From the NCBI GenBank assembly GCA_965217185.1, contig OZ244252.1, positions 2,912,001 through 2,976,000 of the forward strand: a stretch of DNA of 64,000 bases, given 5' to 3'. Positions 18,975 through 29,155 of the stretch are shown here, piece by piece; position 1 is the stretch's first letter; each line of letters starts with the position of its first letter. The position numbers and the translations under genes are program-made. The stretch is from an uncultured Candidatus Entotheonella sp. GTDB taxonomy: Bacteria; Tectomicrobia; Entotheonellia; Entotheonellales; Entotheonellaceae. Under the pieces are notes generated by a model, which was not told where the DNA came from, searched no databases, and saw only the letters and a program-made list of their open reading frames with translations.

Positions 18975-20021
18975 CTACAGGGGCGTAAACCGTCTCAGCA
19001 GGTCGGCAAGAGGTTGCAAACGCTCGTAGCGCTGCATCAAGGGCCGTAGATAGGCCAGCGTCGGGGGGATGTAGGGCAGATACTGCGGACAGTCATGGAC
19101 GACGTGCATGGAGGCAAACGTGCCGATGGCCTTGAGGCAGCGCTGCACGGCAGCCATGTCGAACAACCACGCGAATTCGTCCTTGTCCACCGTCTGGCCG
19201 CTTTCGGCCTGCCACCTGTCCAGGTAGTGAGCAACCAAGGCCGCCGTGCCGTCGGCGGTGAGCACGTCAGCGGTGCCGCGGTCGGTGAGCAGCGATACCA
19301 AGTCATAAGGCTGCGGCCCCATGCGGGCATCCTGGAAATCCAGCACCCCGACCGAGCCGTCATGCACCATGATATTCCAGCCGTGGTAATCCCGGTGACA
19401 GAAGAATCGCGTGGCTGCCGCAAGCGGGGCGCACAGGGCATGGAAGGCGTTGTCCCAGGCTTGGCAGTCGTTCGGCCCCAGAAATTGTTGCCAGAGCTCG
19501 ACGACGGCATGCGTTTGGAAGAAGTGCAGTTCACTCGTCAGCTTGTCCACGTCGAACGACAGATGAAAAGCCGGGCACGCGGGATCGACTGTTTGCGTTC
19601 CCCGCGTGTGCATTTTGACGAGTTCGTCCACGGCCTGTCGGCCCCAACGCAAGCGGCCCTCCAGGTCGCCATGCTGCCATTGTGCAGCCAAGCTTCGATC
19701 ACCGTAATCCTCCAGGCACATCAACCCGGCCTCGGGTTGCACGCCGTAAACCTCCGGTACACGCACGCCGCAGGCCCGCAGATGCCGACCGACGGTCAGA
19801 AAGTCCGTCGATTCCTCCAGCGGCCACAGGTCGCAGTGCATCACCACACAACTGGTCGGGTAGCCGGTGGCGGGTGCCGCCCAGCGCAGCCGGTAGTAGC
19901 GGCGCGTCGAGGCGTCGGCCGTCAGGGGCGTGAAGGAAGGGTTCTCGGAGGAGCCGGGTAGCAAGGTGGGCAGGAACGGCTGCAACCGTTCAAACGTCAA
20001 GGTCGGATTGCCGGTGGTCAT
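18975..20021 (-). CDS. APH-family phosphotransferase, AmgK-like anomeric MurNAc/GlcNAc kinase
   Basis: DASTRRYYR, LEDYGD, HRDYHGWN, LDFQDARMGP.YDLVSLL and QRCLKAIGTF; coupled to a MurU-like gene. Confidence 0.85.
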   Translation of the reverse strand: MTTGNPTLTFERLQPFLPTLLPGSSENPSFTPLTADASTRRYYRLRWAAPATGYPTSCVVMHCDLWPLEESTDFLTVGRHLRACGVRVPEVYGVQPEAGLMCLEDYGDRSLAAQWQHGDLEGRLRWGRQAVDELVKMHTRGTQTVDPACPAFHLSFDVDKLTSELHFFQTHAVVELWQQFLGPNDCQAWDNAFHALCAPLAAATRFFCHRDYHGWNIMVHDGSVGVLDFQDARMGPQPYDLVSLLTDRGTADVLTADGTAALVAHYLDRWQAESGQTVDKDEFAWLFDMAAVQRCLKAIGTFASMHVVHDCPQYLPYIPPTLAYLRPLMQRYERLQPLADLLRRFTPL

Positions 20022-21052
20022 ACGAGGCGCTCCTCTTGAAGAGTTTGCCCGCTCAGCACCTGCACATCCGGTCCCAGAATACAACGCCGCAAGACGGTAC
20101 CGGCACCGATGGTTGCGTTGTCGCCCAAGACGCTTTCCCGCACCTCGGTGTTGGGCCCGAGACGGCACCCGGAACCGAGCACGGCGTACGGACCGACCCG
20201 CACGCCGGCAGCAAGGGTCACGTCGGCACCCAGCACGGCGGGCGGATTGAGAATGGCGTCGTTCATGGGCTGTTCACCTGCGCCGCGCACCACTCGGCTG
20301 CCAACCGGCAAACGGCCCTCCCATGACGTACCCAACTCGCCGTCCAGCAGGTCCCAGTGAGCTTGCAGATAGCGTTCGGGCACCCCCACGTCCAGCCAGT
20401 AGCCGCGGTGGCGATAAGCAAAAACCGACTGACCGTCCTGCAGCAACCGCGGATAGGTGTCGGCGGTCGTGCTCACGAAACGGTTGGCGGGAATGGCATC
20501 GAGCACTTGCGGCTCAACGATTTGTATGCCGGTGAAAATCGTTCCCTCTTCGCCTGGGCCGGCGTCCCATGCCTCCGGACGGCCGTTTATCCGCCGCACC
20601 CGGTCGCGCTCATCAGCCACCACAGCGCCAAAGAGATGAGCCGCCGGATCGGGTCTGACGACCATGGTCACCAGCGCCCCGCGGGCACGATGCCATGCCC
20701 ATAGGGCCTGCAGGTCAATGTCGGCCAGCGCGTCGGCGTTGATGACCAGAAACGGCGCCCCCCGCAAAAGCGATTCTGCGTTCTTGAGCGCGCCGGCGGT
20801 TCCCAGAATCTCCGGCTCGTGGACGAACGCGAGGCGCAGGCCCCACCGGCTACCATCGCCAAGCCACGCCGCCAACCGGCCTGAAAGATGGTGCCCGTTG
20901 ACCACCACCTCGCGCACCCCTTGACAGCGAAGTTGCGCCAGCAGATGCCCCACCATCGGAGTCAGCATGAGCGGCAATAGCGGCTTCGGCGACTGGTCAG
21001 TCAGCGGTTGCAGACGCGTTCCCAGACCCGCCGCCAGAATCATCGCCTTCAT
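20018..21052 (-). CDS. NDP-sugar pyrophosphorylase (MurU/Man-1-P guanylyltransferase-like) with hexapeptide tail
   Basis: MKAMILAAGLGTRLQPLT..PKPL, LGTAGAL, WLDVG and left-handed beta-helix repeats. Confidence 0.88.
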   Translation of the reverse strand: MKAMILAAGLGTRLQPLTDQSPKPLLPLMLTPMVGHLLAQLRCQGVREVVVNGHHLSGRLAAWLGDGSRWGLRLAFVHEPEILGTAGALKNAESLLRGAPFLVINADALADIDLQALWAWHRARGALVTMVVRPDPAAHLFGAVVADERDRVRRINGRPEAWDAGPGEEGTIFTGIQIVEPQVLDAIPANRFVSTTADTYPRLLQDGQSVFAYRHRGYWLDVGVPERYLQAHWDLLDGELGTSWEGRLPVGSRVVRGAGEQPMNDAILNPPAVLGADVTLAAGVRVGPYAVLGSGCRLGPNTEVRESVLGDNATIGAGTVLRRCILGPDVQVLSGQTLQEERLV

Positions 21053-21168
21053 GGCGCTTGTGCCGCCCGCCCTGCGGGGCTGTTGATGCCGGGTGGCTCG
21101 GCAAGTATACTCGCCCGCATTGTTGTTTCCCCCGTAATTCCCAATGGCCCAATACAGCCGAGGACATC

Positions 21169-22110
21169 ATGGACATCGGTCTGGTCTACCATCCCGATTA
21201 TCTGAAGCACGACCCCGGCGGGCATCATCCCGAACACGCTGGACGGCTCGAAGCGGTCATGCAGGCTCTGGAGGCCAGCGGTCAGTCGCGTCAGCTTGTG
21301 CATCTCGACTGGGACGACGATCCGCAAGCCTGGGTGGCCGAGGTGCACGAGGCGGAGGTGATGCAGCGGGTGCAGGCAGCCAGTCAACAGGGCCGCGCCG
21401 CGCTTGATCCCGACACGATTGTCAGCCACGATTCCTACGACGTTGCGCTGCAAGCGGTCGCCGGCACCCTGGCGGCCGCCGACGCCGTGGTGAGCGGCGA
21501 GGTGTCGCAGGCGTTTTGCGCCGTGCGACCGCCCGGCCATCACGCCGAAGCGCACCGCTCCATGGGGTTCTGCCTGTTCAACAACGTCGCCATCCTGGCG
21601 CGCTACCTGCAGAAGCGGCACGGGTTGGACAACATCCTGATTATCGACTGGGACGTGCATCACGGCAACGGCACGCAGCATATTTTCGAGGCCGATGCGA
21701 GCGTCATGTACGTCAGCACGCATCAATATCCGTTCTATCCCGGCACCGGCGCCGGCAGCGAGACCGGTACCGGCAGCGGTGCGGGCTACACCCTGAATTT
21801 TCCCCTGCCAGCCGGCACCGGCGACGACGCCTACCTGACGGTCTTCGAGCAGGCCATCCTGCCGCGCGCCCTGGAATACCGCCCCGACTGCGTGCTGGTG
21901 TCCGCCGGTTTTGATGCCCACTATGCCGACCCCCTGGCCCACATGCAAGTGAGCGAGGCAGGATATCGGCGCATGACCGAGGTGGTCAAGGAAATCGCCG
22001 CCGCCTGTTCCGGCAACCGCCTCATTTCCGTGCTCGAAGGCGGCTACAACGTGGAAGCCCTGGGGCGCAGCGTGACCACACACGTAGCAACTCTACGGCA
22101 AGACCCTTAA
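21169..22110 (+). CDS. Histone deacetylase-family (class II-like) amidohydrolase
   Basis: HPEHAGRL, RPPGHHA, GFCLFNN, DWDVHHGNGT, SAGFDAH..DPL and LEGGY. Confidence 0.93.
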   Translation: MDIGLVYHPDYLKHDPGGHHPEHAGRLEAVMQALEASGQSRQLVHLDWDDDPQAWVAEVHEAEVMQRVQAASQQGRAALDPDTIVSHDSYDVALQAVAGTLAAADAVVSGEVSQAFCAVRPPGHHAEAHRSMGFCLFNNVAILARYLQKRHGLDNILIIDWDVHHGNGTQHIFEADASVMYVSTHQYPFYPGTGAGSETGTGSGAGYTLNFPLPAGTGDDAYLTVFEQAILPRALEYRPDCVLVSAGFDAHYADPLAHMQVSEAGYRRMTEVVKEIAAACSGNRLISVLEGGYNVEALGRSVTTHVATLRQDP

Positions 22111-22134
22111 CGGCTGAGCTGAATCGCTGACGAC

Positions 22135-23277
22135 ATGCGCTACATTTATCTGGACCACAATGCCACAACGCCTGTGCTGCCCGACGTGCTCGAGGCGATG
22201 CTGCCCTATCAACGCGAGGCTTTCGGCAACCCGTCAAGCGTGCACCATTACGGCCGGCGGGCGCGGGTGGCCGTCGATGACGCCCGCGACGCGGTCGCCG
22301 AAGTGCTGGGAGCGCCCGCGTCGTCGGTCATTTTCAGCAGTGGCGGCACCGAGGCCAACAACACCATCATCAAGGGCGTGGCGCAGGCGCGCCGCGAGCA
22401 CGGCCGCCATCTGGTCACCTCGCAGATCGAGCATCCCGCCGTCCTCGACGCCTGCGCCGCTCTCGAACGGCAAGGCTATGAGGTCACGTACGTACCGGTG
22501 GACGAACGCGGGCTCGTCGATCCGCAGGCGGTGCGCGACAGCCTGACCGATCAGACCATTCTGGTATCTATCATGGTTGCCAACAACGAAGTCGGCACGT
22601 TGCAGCCCATCGCCGATATTGCCTGTCTGGTGCGCGAACGCGGCATTCTGATGCACACCGACGCGGTTCAGGCATTCGGCAAAGTGCCGCTGTCGGTGGA
22701 CCATCTGGGGGTGGATTTTCTTTCCTTTTCCGGGCACAAGATATACGCCACGAAAGGAATTGGGGGCTGGTACGAGCGTTCGCCGGCGGTGTTGCAACCG
22801 CTCCTGCACGGCGGCCATCAGGAGCGCGGGCGGCGTTCCGGCACCGAGAACGTCCCCGGTATCGCCGCGTTGGGCAAGGCTTGCGCCATCGCTACCGGCG
22901 ACATGGCGGCCGAGGACGAACGCCAGCGGCAGCTTCAGCAGCGCTTGGAACACGGTATCCGGGAACGCATTGGCGATGTACGCATTCAGGGCGAGGACGC
23001 GCCGCGGCTGTCGGGCACCTCGAACGTCGCTTTTGCCGGGGCGGAGGGCGAGGCGCTGATGATGAGCCTCGATCTGCAAGGGGTGGCCATTTCGACTGGT
23101 TCGGCGTGCAGTTCCGGCTCGCTGGAGCCGTCGCACGTGCTGCGGGCCATGCGCGTGCCGCGACTCTATTTGCACGGGGCGTTGCGGTTCAGCCTGGGGC
23201 GCGCCACCACGGCGGACGACGTCGATTACGTCCTTGACATCCTGCCGGACATCGTGGCACAAGCCCGCAGCGTGTGA
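22135..23277 (+). CDS. iscS: Cysteine desulfurase (IscS/NifS group I)
   Basis: YLDHNATT, GNPSS, SGGTEANN, HTDAVQ, SGHK, RSGTEN and GSACSSG. Confidence 0.93.
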   Translation: MRYIYLDHNATTPVLPDVLEAMLPYQREAFGNPSSVHHYGRRARVAVDDARDAVAEVLGAPASSVIFSSGGTEANNTIIKGVAQARREHGRHLVTSQIEHPAVLDACAALERQGYEVTYVPVDERGLVDPQAVRDSLTDQTILVSIMVANNEVGTLQPIADIACLVRERGILMHTDAVQAFGKVPLSVDHLGVDFLSFSGHKIYATKGIGGWYERSPAVLQPLLHGGHQERGRRSGTENVPGIAALGKACAIATGDMAAEDERQRQLQQRLEHGIRERIGDVRIQGEDAPRLSGTSNVAFAGAEGEALMMSLDLQGVAISTGSACSSGSLEPSHVLRAMRVPRLYLHGALRFSLGRATTADDVDYVLDILPDIVAQARSV

Positions 23278-23303
23278 TGCGGGACGGAAAGAGAGGACAC
23301 GGC

Positions 23304-23678
23304 ATGCGATACTCGGATGCGGTTCACGATCATTTCGACAATCCCCGCAACATCGGTGCCATCGAACACCCCGACGCGGCGGCGGAAGTTTCCAACCCGG
23401 CCTGCGGCGACATCATGCACCTCACCCTGCGCATCGTCGATGCACGCATCACCGAGGCCAAATTCAAGACGATGGGCTGTCCGGCAGCCATCGCTGCCGG
23501 GTCGGTGACCACTGAACTACTCATCGGACGCAGCGTCAACGAACCCATACCGCTAACGCGCGTCGAGGTGAACGAGGCGCTCGGTGGCCTGAGCCCGCAG
23601 AAGGTGCATACGTCCGTCCTCGCCGAGGACGCCGTGAAGGCTGCTGTCAGGGACTACCATCGGCGGCAGGGGAAATAG
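23304..23678 (+). CDS. iscU: IscU/NifU-N Fe-S scaffold protein (third Cys replaced by Thr)
   Basis: DHFDNPRNIG, NPACGD, FKTMGCPAAIA and PQKVHTSVLAEDA. Confidence 0.88.
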   Translation: MRYSDAVHDHFDNPRNIGAIEHPDAAAEVSNPACGDIMHLTLRIVDARITEAKFKTMGCPAAIAAGSVTTELLIGRSVNEPIPLTRVEVNEALGGLSPQKVHTSVLAEDAVKAAVRDYHRRQGK

Positions 23679-23700
23679 CGCGGTACGCGACCGGCGGAGC

Positions 23701-23742
23701 AAAAAAAGGCCCGGGAAGGGAACTCCCCTTCCCGGGCCTTTT
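23701..23742. terminator. Bidirectional intrinsic terminator
   Basis: aaaaaaaggcccgggaaggg-aactc-cccttcccgggcctttt between convergent iscU and nuoD. Confidence 0.9.
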
Positions 23743-23762
23743 GCTGTTGAATGCCTATTGTT

Positions 23763-24932
23763 CTACCGATCGATCTCGCCCAGCACGATGTCCAGACTGC
23801 CGACCACCGCGACGGCGTCGGCAATCAGCATGCCGCCGTGGTTCATGGCGTTCAGGGCGCTGATGGCGGTGAAACACGGCGAGCGCGCCTTGCAGCGGAA
23901 CGGTTTCTCGGTGCCGTCGCTGACCAGGTAGAAGCCCAACTCGCCGCGCGGCGATTCGGTGCGCAGATACGCCTCGCCCTTCGCCGGGCGAATGCGCCGC
24001 GGCATGGCCTCGTTGGGATCGCCGCCCGGCATTTGGTCGACGACCTGACGGATAATTTTCAGCGACTCCAGCATCTCGCGCACCCGCACGATGTAGCGAT
24101 CCCAGGCCGAGCCCAGGACGCCGAACTCGCCCGTTCCCACCGGCACGTCGAAATCAAAGCGCTCATAAATCCCGTAAGGCTCTTCCTTGCGCAGATCCCA
24201 TTTGACGCCGCTGCCGCGCAGATTCGGACCGCCGATGCCGTAACTAATGGCGTCCTCCACCGTCAGGATGCCGATCGAAGCGGCGCGCTCGATGAAGATC
24301 TTGTTCGACGACAACAGATCGTTCAATTCCTGGACGCGCGGCCCGAAATAGGTAACGAATTCCATCACCCGGTCGGTGTATCCCGCCGGCAGGTCGTGCG
24401 CCACGCCGCCGATCCACAGGTAGTTGTATAGCAGGCGTGCGCCGCTCGCCCATTCGAACAGGTCGAGGATTTTTTCGCGGTCGCGGAGGCACCAGAAGAA
24501 CGGCGTCATGGCGCCCAGGTCCAGACCATAAGTGCCGATAGCCAGCAAGTGACTGGCGATGCGCTGCAACTCGGCCATGAGCACGCGGATGTACTCCAGA
24601 CGATCCGGGAACTCCTTGAGCCCCATGAGCTTTTCCACCGCCAGCACGTATGCCAACTCCTGATTCATGGCGCTCAGGTAGTCCATGCGGTCGGCATAGG
24701 GGATCACCTGCGGATACGTCATCGCCTCGGCGTGCTTCTCGAAGCAGCGGTGCAGGTAGCCGATGTGCGGCGTAATATGCTTCACCAACTCCCCGTCCGT
24801 GACGATTTCGAGCCGCAACACGCCGTGCGTGCTGGGATGCTGCGGTCCCATCTGCAGGACCAGATCGTCGCCCTGCTGCTCATAACTAATGCGAAACTCA
24901 TCGCCGGCGGTTTGCCGTGCCATTGCGGACAT
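23763..24932 (-). CDS. nuoD: NADH-quinone oxidoreductase subunit D
   Basis: MGPQHPSTHGVLRL, IGYLHR, DRMDY, ESPRGELG and DIVLGEIDR. Confidence 0.95.
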   Translation of the reverse strand: MSAMARQTAGDEFRISYEQQGDDLVLQMGPQHPSTHGVLRLEIVTDGELVKHITPHIGYLHRCFEKHAEAMTYPQVIPYADRMDYLSAMNQELAYVLAVEKLMGLKEFPDRLEYIRVLMAELQRIASHLLAIGTYGLDLGAMTPFFWCLRDREKILDLFEWASGARLLYNYLWIGGVAHDLPAGYTDRVMEFVTYFGPRVQELNDLLSSNKIFIERAASIGILTVEDAISYGIGGPNLRGSGVKWDLRKEEPYGIYERFDFDVPVGTGEFGVLGSAWDRYIVRVREMLESLKIIRQVVDQMPGGDPNEAMPRRIRPAKGEAYLRTESPRGELGFYLVSDGTEKPFRCKARSPCFTAISALNAMNHGGMLIADAVAVVGSLDIVLGEIDR

Positions 24933-24951
24933 GTTGGTTTCCTACTCGAGA

Positions 24952-25497
24952 TCAGGCCGTTGCGGTAGCGGATTTCTCGGACGCCTTGGCCTCTTTCTTG
25001 GCTGCTTCCGCCTCGTCGAATTTACGGGCTTTTTCTTCCAACTCGGCGGCGCGCTGCGGCGTCATGTTGACGAAGTGATAAACCAGGCCATAGCGGTCCG
25101 GCGAGGAATCCTCGAAGCTCGAGGTCATGTAAATGCACTCGGTGGGGCAGGGGAAGGTGCACAGGTCACAATAGCAGCACTTGACCATGTCGATGTCGAA
25201 TTTGGTGACGTGCAGGCGCTTCTTGTGGCCGGTGGTGGTCGCTTCGACCTCGTCGGGCACCGCCTTGACGGTGTCGATGCTGATGCACTGCACCGGGCAG
25301 ACGCGCTCGCACTGCAGGCAGCCGATGCAGTCGTCCATGTTCACGAACAGTTGCATGCGGGAGTTCGTCGGCAGTTCCCAGCGCTCCTCCGGGTATTGCA
25401 TGGTAACGGCCGGGACGAACAGTTTGCGCCACGTCATGCTCAGCCCCACCAAGGGCGTCCAGAAGCCTTCCCAGATGTTCCGAAAGTATTGCAGCAC
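24952..25497 (-). CDS. nuoI: NADH-quinone oxidoreductase subunit I
   Basis: VTMQYPEE, CIGCLQCERVCP and CCYCDLCTFPCP. Confidence 0.92.
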   Translation of the reverse strand: MLQYFRNIWEGFWTPLVGLSMTWRKLFVPAVTMQYPEERWELPTNSRMQLFVNMDDCIGCLQCERVCPVQCISIDTVKAVPDEVEATTTGHKKRLHVTKFDIDMVKCCYCDLCTFPCPTECIYMTSSFEDSSPDRYGLVYHFVNMTPQRAAELEEKARKFDEAEAAKKEAKASEKSATATA

Positions 25498-25512
25498 GGC
25501 TAAGTCCTTCGT

Positions 25513-26058
25513 TTAGGCGGGGTCCTCGCGGTCCTGAAAGCGATAAACGTCCATGCCGATCTCCGGCGGGTCACCCTCGTAGGGAACGGGTATGCCCTGA
25601 TAAAACTCCTGGACCTGATAATCCTTGAGCAGCGGGTGACCTTCCCAGTCATCCGGCAGCAGGATGCGGCGGTGGTCGGGGTGCCGGTCGAAACGCATGC
25701 CGAAAAGGTCGAATGCCTCCCGTTCGTGCCATTCGGCGGTGCGCCAGATGTCGCATACCGTGGGCACTACGCCGTCTTGCCGCGGCACATCCACTCGCAG
25801 GGTGATAGTGTGCCGGAGCGCGGTGGAGTGCAGATGATAGACGACACCGAGGCTGCTCTTCTCCGCGCCATAATCCACGCCGCTCAAACACATGAGTGAA
25901 TCGAACATCATGCCCGGCTCGCTGCGCAGATAAGCGCCAACGTCGTGGATGGCGGACACCTCGACCGTTACCGTCGGGTCGATAGCGTCGGCTTCAAAGG
26001 CCGTAACAGCCTCTCCAAAGCGCTGCTGAAGGGCGTCGTGAATCGCCTCAGGGGTCAT
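25513..26058 (-). CDS. nuoC: NADH-quinone oxidoreductase subunit C
   Basis: LSGVDY, AEWHEREAFDLFG, HPDHRRILLPDDWEGHPLLKDY. Confidence 0.94.
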   Translation of the reverse strand: MTPEAIHDALQQRFGEAVTAFEADAIDPTVTVEVSAIHDVGAYLRSEPGMMFDSLMCLSGVDYGAEKSSLGVVYHLHSTALRHTITLRVDVPRQDGVVPTVCDIWRTAEWHEREAFDLFGMRFDRHPDHRRILLPDDWEGHPLLKDYQVQEFYQGIPVPYEGDPPEIGMDVYRFQDREDPA

Positions 26059-26087
26059 TGCTGATCAGGTCCTTAGGGAGGTAAGGT

Positions 26088-27398
26088 CTAGGATTTTCCG
26101 GCCTTGGCGCGCACGGCCCGGGAGCGGGCACGTGCCACGATAACTCGTTCTTCCTTGCTCAGATCCTTGAACGGACGGCTGAGCAGTTCCGGCGGCACCT
26201 CCGCCATGGGGTCGTCGCCGTCAGCGTCCACACCGGCAGTGGCCACAGCGGCGGGAGCCTCTTCTGCCGCGGGTTCGGGCGTTGCCGCGGCTGCCGGAGC
26301 GGCCGCGGCCGGCGCGGACTCAAGCAAGCCGGACTTGGCTCGCACGGCCCGCGAACGGGCGCGTGCCACAATCACGCGTTCTTCCTTGCTGAGTTCCTTG
26401 AACGGCTTTTGCAGAAGTTCGGGCGGGACTTCCGCCATCGGATCGGCCACGGCCTCGGGGGCGGCGGCAACGGCTTCTTCCTCAACCGGTGCCGCGGCTG
26501 GAGCGGTAGCGGGTGCAGCGGGGCTTTCCGCCGGGCCGGCAACCGGCACACCGGCCTTGGCGCGCATGGCCCGCGAACGGGCGCGCGCTACCAAGACCCG
26601 CTCTTCCTTGCTGAGTTCCTTGAACGGCCGGTTCATCAACTCGGCGGGCATCTCGAGCTCTTCCACCGCGGCAGCCGCTGCTGCCGGAGCGGCTGCCTCT
26701 GCGGGTGCAGCTTTCTTCGGGGCGGCCTTCGCAGGGGCAGCCTTAGCGGCCTTGGCTGCCGCCTTGGCGGCGAGCTGCGGAGCGGGGCGGATCAACTTCT
26801 CGGGTTCTTTGGGAATCTGGTACATGGCGCCGTGGCGGATTTTGTCCTGCAGCTTGACGAACGCCTCCAGCAGGGCCTCGGGACGCGGCGGGCAACCGGG
26901 TATGTACACATCCACCGGCACCACCTTATCGACTCCCTTGAGCACATGATAGCCGTGGTCCCAATAGGGGCCGCCGGCGCTGGCGCAGGCGCCCATGGAA
27001 ATGACGAATTTGGGTTCCGGCATCTGGGCGTACAGGCGTTTGATGCGGCTGGCCATCTTTAGCGTCACGGTGCCCGCGACGATCATCACGTCCGACTGGC
27101 GGGGCGAGGCCCGGAACGCCCCGGCACCGAGGCGGTCCAGATCGTACCGCGGCCCGCTGGTCGCCATCATTTCAATGGCGCAGCAGGCGAGGCCAAAGGT
27201 CATGGGCCACAGGGAGGAGAGCCGCGCCCAACTGAACAGCCAGGTCACACCCAGGAGCTTCATCAAGCGGGCCACCCGGTAGTTCTGCGCCCATTTGGTG
27301 AGCTCATCGGCTCGGGTGAGAAAGATCTGGTCGTCGATCTTCGTCCCCGCGAGCGCGCCTCTCTGTTGCGACCCAGGCAATGTGAAGCCTTTCACCAT
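26088..27398 (-). CDS. nuoB: NADH-quinone oxidoreductase subunit B with long C-terminal repeat extension
   Basis: [24 protein letters not shown] and [11 protein letters not shown], then an Ala/Pro-rich tail with three repeats. Confidence 0.94.
   Translation of the reverse strand: MVKGFTLPGSQQRGALAGTKIDDQIFLTRADELTKWAQNYRVARLMKLLGVTWLFSWARLSSLWPMTFGLACCAIEMMATSGPRYDLDRLGAGAFRASPRQSDVMIVAGTVTLKMASRIKRLYAQMPEPKFVISMGACASAGGPYWDHGYHVLKGVDKVVPVDVYIPGCPPRPEALLEAFVKLQDKIRHGAMYQIPKEPEKLIRPAPQLAAKAAAKAAKAAPAKAAPKKAAPAEAAAPAAAAAAVEELEMPAELMNRPFKELSKEERVLVARARSRAMRAKAGVPVAGPAESPAAPATAPAAAPVEEEAVAAAPEAVADPMAEVPPELLQKPFKELSKEERVIVARARSRAVRAKSGLLESAPAAAAPAAAATPEPAAEEAPAAVATAGVDADGDDPMAEVPPELLSRPFKDLSKEERVIVARARSRAVRAKAGKS
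26097..26651 (-). repeat. Three intragenic 34-37-codon repeats in the nuoB tail
   Basis: 26550-26651, 26328-26438 and 26097-26207, each encoding P.EL...PFK(E/D)LSKEERV(L/I)VARARSRA(M/V)RAK(A/S)G. Confidence 0.95.
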
Positions 27399-27642
27399 CG
27401 TGCTCTCTCCGTCAAACGCACTTGAATTTTGTGAAGGGATTGTGGCCTGCGCGGCCCGTAAAACGCCATAACCATAGCGCAGCAAGGTGCGCCGGTCAAC
27501 CGCTGGCTGACCCGTCGCCTTTGCACGAAAGGAGAAATCCGGCAATCCTGCCCGCCGAAGGGTAAGTGATTGATACGGAAGGTATTGCGGGCGATCCGGA
27601 CAGTCCGTGAGCGGATACCCGGAACGCCCGCTTGGCCGGGGC

Positions 27643-28752
27643 CTACTGGACGTAATCGTAGGAGCCGTTGCTCCACACGTAGAAGACGTAGCCAGGCGCG
27701 GTCACGTCGCCTTTGTCGTCGAAGCCGATATCGCCGAGCACGGTCGAGAACTGGTTGGCATTGAGTGCCTCAACCATCTTGTCGAAGTCCGTCGTGCCGG
27801 CCTTTTCAGCCGCCTGCGCCCACGCCTGAACGGCGCCGTACGTGTACAGCACGTAGCCTTCCGGCTCGATGCCGGCGTCGCGGAAACGCTTGACGATGGG
27901 GGCGGCGTCGGGATTCTTACGCGGGTCGAGGCTGAAGGTCATCAGCGTGCCCTCACCGACGCTGCCGGTAATTTGCCAGTACTCCTGGGTGACCAGGGCA
28001 TCGCCAGAGATCAACTGCGCTTGCAGCCCGCGATCGCGCGCCTGACGCAGAATCAGCCCGGCCTCGGTGTGGTAGCCGCCGACGTAGATAACGTCAATCT
28101 TATCGGCCCTCATCTTGGACACCAGGGCCGCGTAGTCTTTCTCGCCGGCGGTATAGGCCTCGTACATGGCTTCCTCGACACCGCGTTTTTGCAACTGCTT
28201 GCGGGTTTCGTCGGCCAGACCCTTGCCGTACGCGGTCTTATCGTGCAGGAGGGCGATTCTGGCGCCTGGGAAATTGTCTACGATGTAATTCCCCGCTACG
28301 ATGCCCTGCTGATCGTCCCGACCGCAGACGCGATAGGTACCCGGACCGCCTTCGTCGGTGAGCTTCGGATTGGTCGACGCCGGCGAAATCTGCACGATGC
28401 CTTCCTCGTCATACACCGCCGAAGCCGGGATGGACGAGCCGGAGCAGAAATGCCCGGCCATGAACACCACGCCCTTGTTCACCATCTGATTGGCCACGGC
28501 CACGGCCTGCTTAGGGTCGCAGGCGTCGTCGCCAAGTTCCAGCCGCAATTGCTGCCCCAGCACGCCGCCGGCGGCGTTGATATCCGCGACGGCCATCTCG
28601 GCGCCCGCCTTCATCTGCTCGCCGAACGAGGCATACTGGCCGGTCAGGGGACCGGCGGTGGCGATCACAATTTCCGCCTGGGCCGTCGAGGCGCCCAGAG
28701 CCAAAGCCGTTAACAGGGCCATTAAGGTTACGGTAAGTCCGCGCATCAGCAT
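27643..28752 (-). CDS. livK: Branched-chain amino acid ABC transporter substrate-binding protein
   Basis: Signal peptide, [38 protein letters not shown]. Confidence 0.92.
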   Translation of the reverse strand: MLMRGLTVTLMALLTALALGASTAQAEIVIATAGPLTGQYASFGEQMKAGAEMAVADINAAGGVLGQQLRLELGDDACDPKQAVAVANQMVNKGVVFMAGHFCSGSSIPASAVYDEEGIVQISPASTNPKLTDEGGPGTYRVCGRDDQQGIVAGNYIVDNFPGARIALLHDKTAYGKGLADETRKQLQKRGVEEAMYEAYTAGEKDYAALVSKMRADKIDVIYVGGYHTEAGLILRQARDRGLQAQLISGDALVTQEYWQITGSVGEGTLMTFSLDPRKNPDAAPIVKRFRDAGIEPEGYVLYTYGAVQAWAQAAEKAGTTDFDKMVEALNANQFSTVLGDIGFDDKGDVTAPGYVFYVWSNGSYDYVQ

Positions 28753-28797
28753 CCTCTCCTTATGTTCACATGAGTAGTGGAAGTCGCCCCGGAAGCA

Positions 28798-29151
28798 TCA
28801 GGCTGCGCCCGGCGTTTTCGCCCGCCAGGCAAACAGCCAGCGGCGTTCGTACATCCAGGGATACTGCTGAATCATCAGCCGTGCCCGATTGAGCCGGTAG
28901 GCGATGAACATGATGAACCACAGCACGGCGGTAGAAATCACGTATCCGCGTGCCGACAGGAATGCGCCCTCGAAAAGGGCGTAGGTGAGAAACCGCGACC
29001 CAAAGCCCAACAGCAGGCTGTAGGGCAGGGCAGGCCACAGCGATTTCCAAGTCTCGGCAAGGGCCCGCCCGGTCATCCATGAAGCGATGCCGAACAATAT
29101 AACATTTAGACCGATGAAAACACCAAGCGATGATCCCAGGAGGTCTTCCAA
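28798..29151 (-). CDS. Small membrane protein associated with liv operons
   Basis: TGRALA.TW, RFL.YALF and QYPWMYER; lies between livF and livK. Confidence 0.7.
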   Translation of the reverse strand: MEDLLGSSLGVFIGLNVILFGIASWMTGRALAETWKSLWPALPYSLLLGFGSRFLTYALFEGAFLSARGYVISTAVLWFIMFIAYRLNRARLMIQQYPWMYERRWLFAWRAKTPGAA

Positions 29152-29155
29152 AGCC

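Noticed and set aside
26097..26651. CRISPR-like repeat-spacer pattern
   Set aside because: The repeats are >100 bp, in frame, diverge at synonymous sites, and no cas genes are nearby; they are protein repeats.
23763..27398. Group 4 NiFe hydrogenase
   Set aside because: The large subunit lacks both CxxC nickel-binding motifs and has complex I NuoD signatures.
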